Of a stretch of 64,000 nt of DNA, positions 58,741 through 64,000 are shown in pieces (position 1 is the first letter of the stretch; each line of letters starts with the position of its first letter). The position numbers and the translations under genes were made by a program. The notes beneath the pieces were generated by a model. That model did not search any database. It was given only the letters and a program-made list of their open reading frames with translations, and had not been told where the DNA came from. The stretch comes from Eledone cirrhosa (lineage: Eukaryota). The stretch lies in assembly GCA_964016885.1 (NCBI GenBank), contig OZ024747.1, positions 37,262,001-37,326,000 of the forward strand, given 5' to 3'.

Positions 58741-60292
58741 TAAGGGTGATGGATTCACAGTATCAGTAGAGCATCAGAGAATGTGCTTTGCAACATACGG
58801 TTGTGGCCCTTTATGATCTGAGTTCTCATCTTAGAGATAATAGAAGAAAGTAGAAGCAAGAGAGAGACAGCAAGTGAGAGTGAGAGGAGACAGAGCAAGA
58901 AAAAGAGAGGACGAGAGCGAGAAGGGAGAGTGAAGTGAGAACAATAAAATAAATTCAGAAGTAAAATTGAAAGAAAAGAATATTGTCAGAGAAAAGCATG
59001 TACATGTGTGGGCACGTGTGTGTATGTGATATTAATGTATTAAAAAGTTCAAATTATAAACATTTGTTGGAAATATTTTCAAGGGAATGCATAAATAAGA
59101 GCAACGATGATATAGTAAATGTAGAAAAACAGTGTTACTTTGTAAAATAATCACTAAATATTTTAGCACCTTATTTAAGTAGAATTTGAAGTTGGTGAAA
59201 ATCGGTAAAATATTGACCTCAAATATAAACTTACCCCCCACCCCAGCCCCCACCATTTCACTATTGATTTTTTGGGTCACATATTCTTCAGCTTGTATTT
59301 GCGTATATACAGTATACATGTAAAAGCAGTTTCAAATTCTTAATATGAGACGTAGGAAACATTTTAGTCAACTAGACTAGCCATTTACTTTAAAGACCTA
59401 AACTCACTTTGATGGTGTTCACATACTGAAAAACAAGCAAGATAACTCCTATTGTCTCAGCTGATCCAAATTCTTATAAACATTTTTAAACACTACAGTG
59501 GGAATGGACCTTGTCTTTATTCCAATTTGGTGAAAGCAATGGACATGCTTCAGTCCTATAAAATCTTCTCAGTAATGCATATTCACTTAGCAATTTGGCT
59601 AAACAAGATAAGTCAAGTATATATTGGAAAAAAGAAAGGAATTATGCACTGATTGTGTGTATATACAAAGTATAGAGATGAAAATGCCTGCAGAAGCACT
59701 TTACATAGCTCAAATTATTGGAGTTCTCACCATTCTTTGCTTCTCAGTAACACAACACTTCATTTTTCTATTCACCACTTGGTCATTTAGCTTTGAATGA
59801 ATGAAAGCAACATAGAGTAGTGCAGACTCTTTAATCTTGTACAATACAACCTCACTAGTGTTGCTGCTACAATTAAATGCACCCAGTACACTCTGTCACA
59901 TAGTTGGCAAATGGATGGAAATATTGTATAATCAATAAGTTCTTGTAGGGGACATGACAATCGTTTATATGCTGGTGCAACAGCAAAATGCACCCCATAC
60001 ATTCTTTAAAGGGATTGTTGTTAGGAAAGGCACAGCCATAAAACAGTGCAAATATGTAAAGTACATGTGACACATGATTCTTGACACATCTATGTCCCCA
60101 ACCCATCCTTCATGATGATGATGTTGATGGTGATGATTGTATTGGCAACAGTGGGAATTAAGTCAAGCACGAAACTGATATCAGTACACCTCACACTACA
60201 GGAATACCAGCAGAACCGTACATAAATGAAACAAGTGACAGAGATTATGTGGTCATTCACCTGGCTAGAAATAGCAGCCAAAACTCTCTTAA

Positions 60293-60499
60293 CCCTTTAA
60301 CATTTACATTACTCTATATATACTATTATATTTTCATAGTAAAGGCTTTATCTCACATAATATTGAATTTATGAGATTTTAATGTTATTTATTTTGAGAA
60401 CAATACATTAATGTAGGTATGAGCGGTCAGTTACAGCTGGTTTGAATGGAAAGGGGTGAGAGAGTTCTGGCCGGATACAGCCAGTTTAATGCTAAAGGG
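60293..60499. mobile_element. piggyBac-like MITE (same family as 33684)
   Basis: TTAA-CCCTTTA...CTAAAGGG-TTAA. It interrupts a repeat whose uninterrupted paralog is at about 62408-62475. Confidence 0.75.
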
Positions 60500-60757
60500 T
60501 TAAGCCATATCCTACTATCTTAAAAAGAGACACATTGGATATTATAATCCAAGGAACACTGTTACTGAGAATGTAAAATAGATTGGATGGTCATAGCATC
60601 AATATCAGTTTTCACCGACTTATAACTAAAAATCTCTAAAGCAAATACAAACTGAAATATGTAGCAATCAGTACATAACAACTTTGATGATTATAATAAG
60701 GATACTAACAATACAAGAACAAAGTTAAATATGAAACCCAGCCATCAGTATACTTAC

Positions 60758-61886
60758 ATGTTGATAAAGCAACTGCATCAATAGCAGCATTGTAACTCAT
60801 GTCACTCATAGGATTTGGTACAATATCTTCATACAAACTCTGGATATAATTTCCAATATGTGTCTTGCCACATACAACAACCACCCACCAAAATGACCAT
60901 ATAAGGTTCCTTTGATTTTGGTAAGCGTTTTTAAAATCTCTCCACATTTGTTTTAAACCTATCTTAAACCTTAGCCAAACTGTATTAGCATCAGCTAAAT
61001 TTTCTGATCCCACATGATTGATCATAATTTCTGATGTTTCACACTCAACAATTTTCTTTGATACTGGGGAAGAATCACATGACTCATGGTTAACAATACT
61101 CTTTTCAGTTTCTTGATTAAATACAACTGAATCTGGTTCTTTAGAAATGTTTGCAGGTATTTTTGATATCTCAGATTTGATTTCATCTGAAGTAATATTT
61201 TCTATTTTAGAATTGTCTGATTTTAATTTTTCGGCTTCTTCTTCTCCATTTGTATTTTCTTTGGAATTCCTTAAAGAGTAATTTTGATTTTCTGATTTTG
61301 GATTTTGTGGATTAAAGTAAAAAGTGGTTGTGATTGTTGGAATAGTAAGGGATACAATAAATGCCATACAAACACTTACTGTTGAAATAACATTCAAAGT
61401 AAAATAGTTTGTTATAGAGAAGGAGATCATCAGTTGAGCAAGACAAGCAGCAAAGAACCTGCTAACTAGAGAACTGCTGTGGATGTAACTTGATATCCGG
61501 CGAAAAAACTTTTGCTCCACACTTGAAAACACATATGAGGTATGTGCAACCTGACTTGCAGTCGCAAAACCGAAAGTTGCTTGCATTAATTGCATCAGTA
61601 GTACACCTTGACCAAAAAGAAGCAAGAACCAGGTTGCAACATAACATAGCCCAGCAATAACTATGATAATCTTATACCTCAGAAAGTCAGTTACCAACAG
61701 AATTACAAACAAACTCACTAAGTTAGTGTAAACCCAAACTGGGTAAACTTCATTGTTTACTTGTTCAGCAGTTAGATTCTTCCACTCTGGAGCCATTAAG
61801 TAGGCCGTAATGAAAGATTCTGATGGCCTGAAATCTTTGAAGAAGATGAAAATGCAAATTAAAAGTGTTGCTATTTTCCACCTCAT
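60758..61886 (-). CDS. SLC19A: SLC19A-family thiamine/reduced folate transporter, first coding exon (TM1-TM8 start)
   Basis: ORF from ATG 61886 with an in-frame TGA upstream. Family motifs FRPSESFITAYL, EVYPVW, TDFLRYK, TWFLLLFGQGV, WSFWW, NYIQSLY, YNAAIDA. Donor GTAAGT right after 60758 (phase 1). Confidence 0.93.
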
Positions 61887-63351
61887 ATTTGCAGTTTCAG
61901 ATTCTCTTAGACAACTTCTTCAAAGTACTGAAATTTTCCAACAACACTTTCTCAATAACTCTATAATAGCTACCTCATCACTATTCACTAATTATGTTGA
62001 TAGATTTTCTAGTTAATAAACCTCTCAGATTGCATTTAAATTGATAAACATTTTCGTCAATAAACATTTCACTGAATAAACATTGAAATCAGTAAACATC
62101 TATCAGAGCTGAAGCAAAACGTATTGCAATAAGAGAAGAATGAATACAGAATGTAGTCATAGGAATTTAGAAACCGAAATTATGTAAATTTGTTGTTACT
62201 ACCAAACCATTTTTCATTTCATATTTATCATTTATTCAAATTCAAAATCATAACTCATACATCGTCCCCCAATTATCATGTCAATTATCATAGTCCCCCA
62301 ATTATCATGTCAACCAATTTAATGATGCCCAACAGTCATGTCACTCCTCTTGATATTATCTAGTAGTCAGAGCTTCAATCAAAAGAGAGAGCTTCAATCT
62401 AATGAGAGGTCATTCAACCAGCTAGAAATAGCAGCCAAATCTCTTTCAAATCACATCCTACAATCTTAAAAGAAATCTTTAATAATGTAGTTCTTGCCAT
62501 ACTACACATGGAGAAATATAGATAGTCATGGCTAAATTGCTGTATATCACTAAGATATTACTACAACTCAATCAGTAGTTACAGATCCATCCATATATAT
62601 GATGAATGGAGAAAAATCTGTAATTTTCATTCCTATAAAAATTCCAGATTACATTTGATAATGTAGATAGAGTTTTTTTTTCAATGTGGAATGAATTCGT
62701 AGATTGAATAGGTTCGTTAAAGCAAATATCCAAAAACAAACTACATGCATGGTAAATAAAAATGTCTTTCAATTTCTCTATCCTTAGACCATGATGTTTA
62801 TATTAAAAAGGTTTTAGAAAGTGTTCACTATATATTCATATTCTGTTTTGGTGGATACTGGGGATTAAGGATGTTTAATATTTGTAGTGTTGATTTGAGC
62901 AAAAGACTCCAACAATTTTATTTTTAATGTATATTTAATCCACTGTGGCACTGCATTTAATGTTTACTCACATTTATGTGAGTAAAATTTAATCAAAGTA
63001 AAAAAGTATTATAGGAGATATTGTGTATAGATGGAACCAGCCTTAATATCAGCAAATGGAAATCCACTCGAGCCATTCTTAGAAAGCAAACCTCTATAGT
63101 TATGAGAATCTAGAAATAAAAATTGGAGACCAACATAAAGATATCATTTAAAGAGAAATATATTACTTATATATATATATATATATACATAAATATATTT
63201 GTATTAAAAATTAGAATTGGAGCTCTGAAATAGCAATATATATATGGATGTATATATAATGTATTTTGCAATACACTTTATGCTTAATTAAAAGCATTTT
63301 GAAGACCGTATGCTATTGTTTTAGAGTAGTGACAAATTCACTTACTTTAAT

Positions 63352-63440
63352 CTCAGCAAACAGGGGAGATAAGCCGACAAGGGCCTTGTTTCGCTTTTGT
63401 TGAAGCTTATCAAGGCTAACTACCCCTCCTGTCTACTGAG
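63352..63440 (-). ncRNA. Type I hammerhead ribozyme (U3-A8 core), copy 1 of a 318-bp tandem repeat
   Basis: Minus strand reads agcc-UUGAUAA-gcuu caacaa aagc-GAAA-caag gcc cuug-UC-ggcu. Stem I extends about 24 bp with a 3-nt bulge. Predicted cleavage after GUC at 63376/63375. Confidence 0.9.
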
Positions 63441-63669
63441 ATTACTGATGTTATATTCTTATAGAATTCTAGTAAATAATCAGGAGCTGATTATACAGAG
63501 CGATTGTTGGTCAGGCAGAAATTAAAAATTAGAATTGGAGCTCTGAAATAGCAATATATATATGGATGTATATATAATGTATTTTGCAATACACTTTATG
63601 CTTAATTAAAAGCATTTTGAAGACCGTATGCTATTGTTTTAGAGTAGTGACAAATTCACTTACTTTAAT

Positions 63670-63745
63670 CTCAGCAAACAGGGGAGATAAGCCGACAAGG
63701 GCCTTGTTTCGCTTTTGTTGAAGCTTATCAAGGCCAACTACCCCC
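63670..63745 (-). ncRNA. Type I hammerhead ribozyme (U3-A8 core), copy 2
   Basis: Same core and stems 318 bp from copy 1; cleavage at 63694/63693. Distal stem I is replaced by a C12 tract at the inversion junction. Confidence 0.85.
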
Positions 63746-64000
63746 CCCCCCCTACTCTAAAACAATAGCATACGGTCTTCAAAATGCTTTTAATTAAGCA
63801 TAAAGTGTATTGCAAAATACATTATATATACATCCATATATATATTGCTATTTCAGAGCTCCAATTCTAATTTTTAATTTCTGCCTGACCAACAATCGCT
63901 CTGTATAATCAGCTCCTGATTATTTACTAGAATTCTATAAGAATATAACATCAGTAATCTCAGTAGACAGGAGAGGTAGTTAGCCTTGATAAGCTTCAAC

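Larger units (their letters stand above)
63203..64000. mobile_element. Retrozyme / Penelope pLTR-like non-coding element: about 1.7 tandem 318-bp units plus an inverted copy running off the window
   Basis: ttagaattggagctc recurs at 63211 and 63529. 63753-64000 is the near-perfect reverse complement of about 63399-63647. Starts beside a (TA)n tract; no ORF. Confidence 0.8.

Noticed and set aside
60705-60757. C-terminus of the 393-aa ORF (KYTDGWVSYLTLFLYC)
   Set aside because: Read-through past the GTAAGT donor; SLC19A homology continues in the exon at 55874.

Overview
AT-rich, microsatellite-dense animal genomic DNA. The SINE/RTE/Penelope repeat content suggests an octopod cephalopod (inference, no database check). 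The one host gene I can support is a complete minus-strand SLC19A-family (thiamine/reduced-folate carrier) gene with four phase-consistent coding exons (61886-60758, 55874-55682, 46274-46133, 30802-30692; 524 aa). The rest is transposon debris: L1/Tx1-like, RTE, R4/Dong-like and Penelope-like (GIY-YIG) retroelements, tRNA-derived SINEs, a decayed hAT transposase and several MITEs. The main hidden signal is a dense set of type I hammerhead ribozymes, about 15 intact or decayed motifs from several unrelated repeat families, most with the compensatory U3-A8 core (UUGA[U/A]AA) instead of CUGANGA. The best example is a near-identical 318-bp tandem plus inverted, non-coding hammerhead repeat (retrozyme-like, predicted 318-nt circRNA) just upstream of, and on the same strand as, the SLC19A gene. 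Exon and ribozyme coordinates were read by hand; transposon boundaries are approximate.
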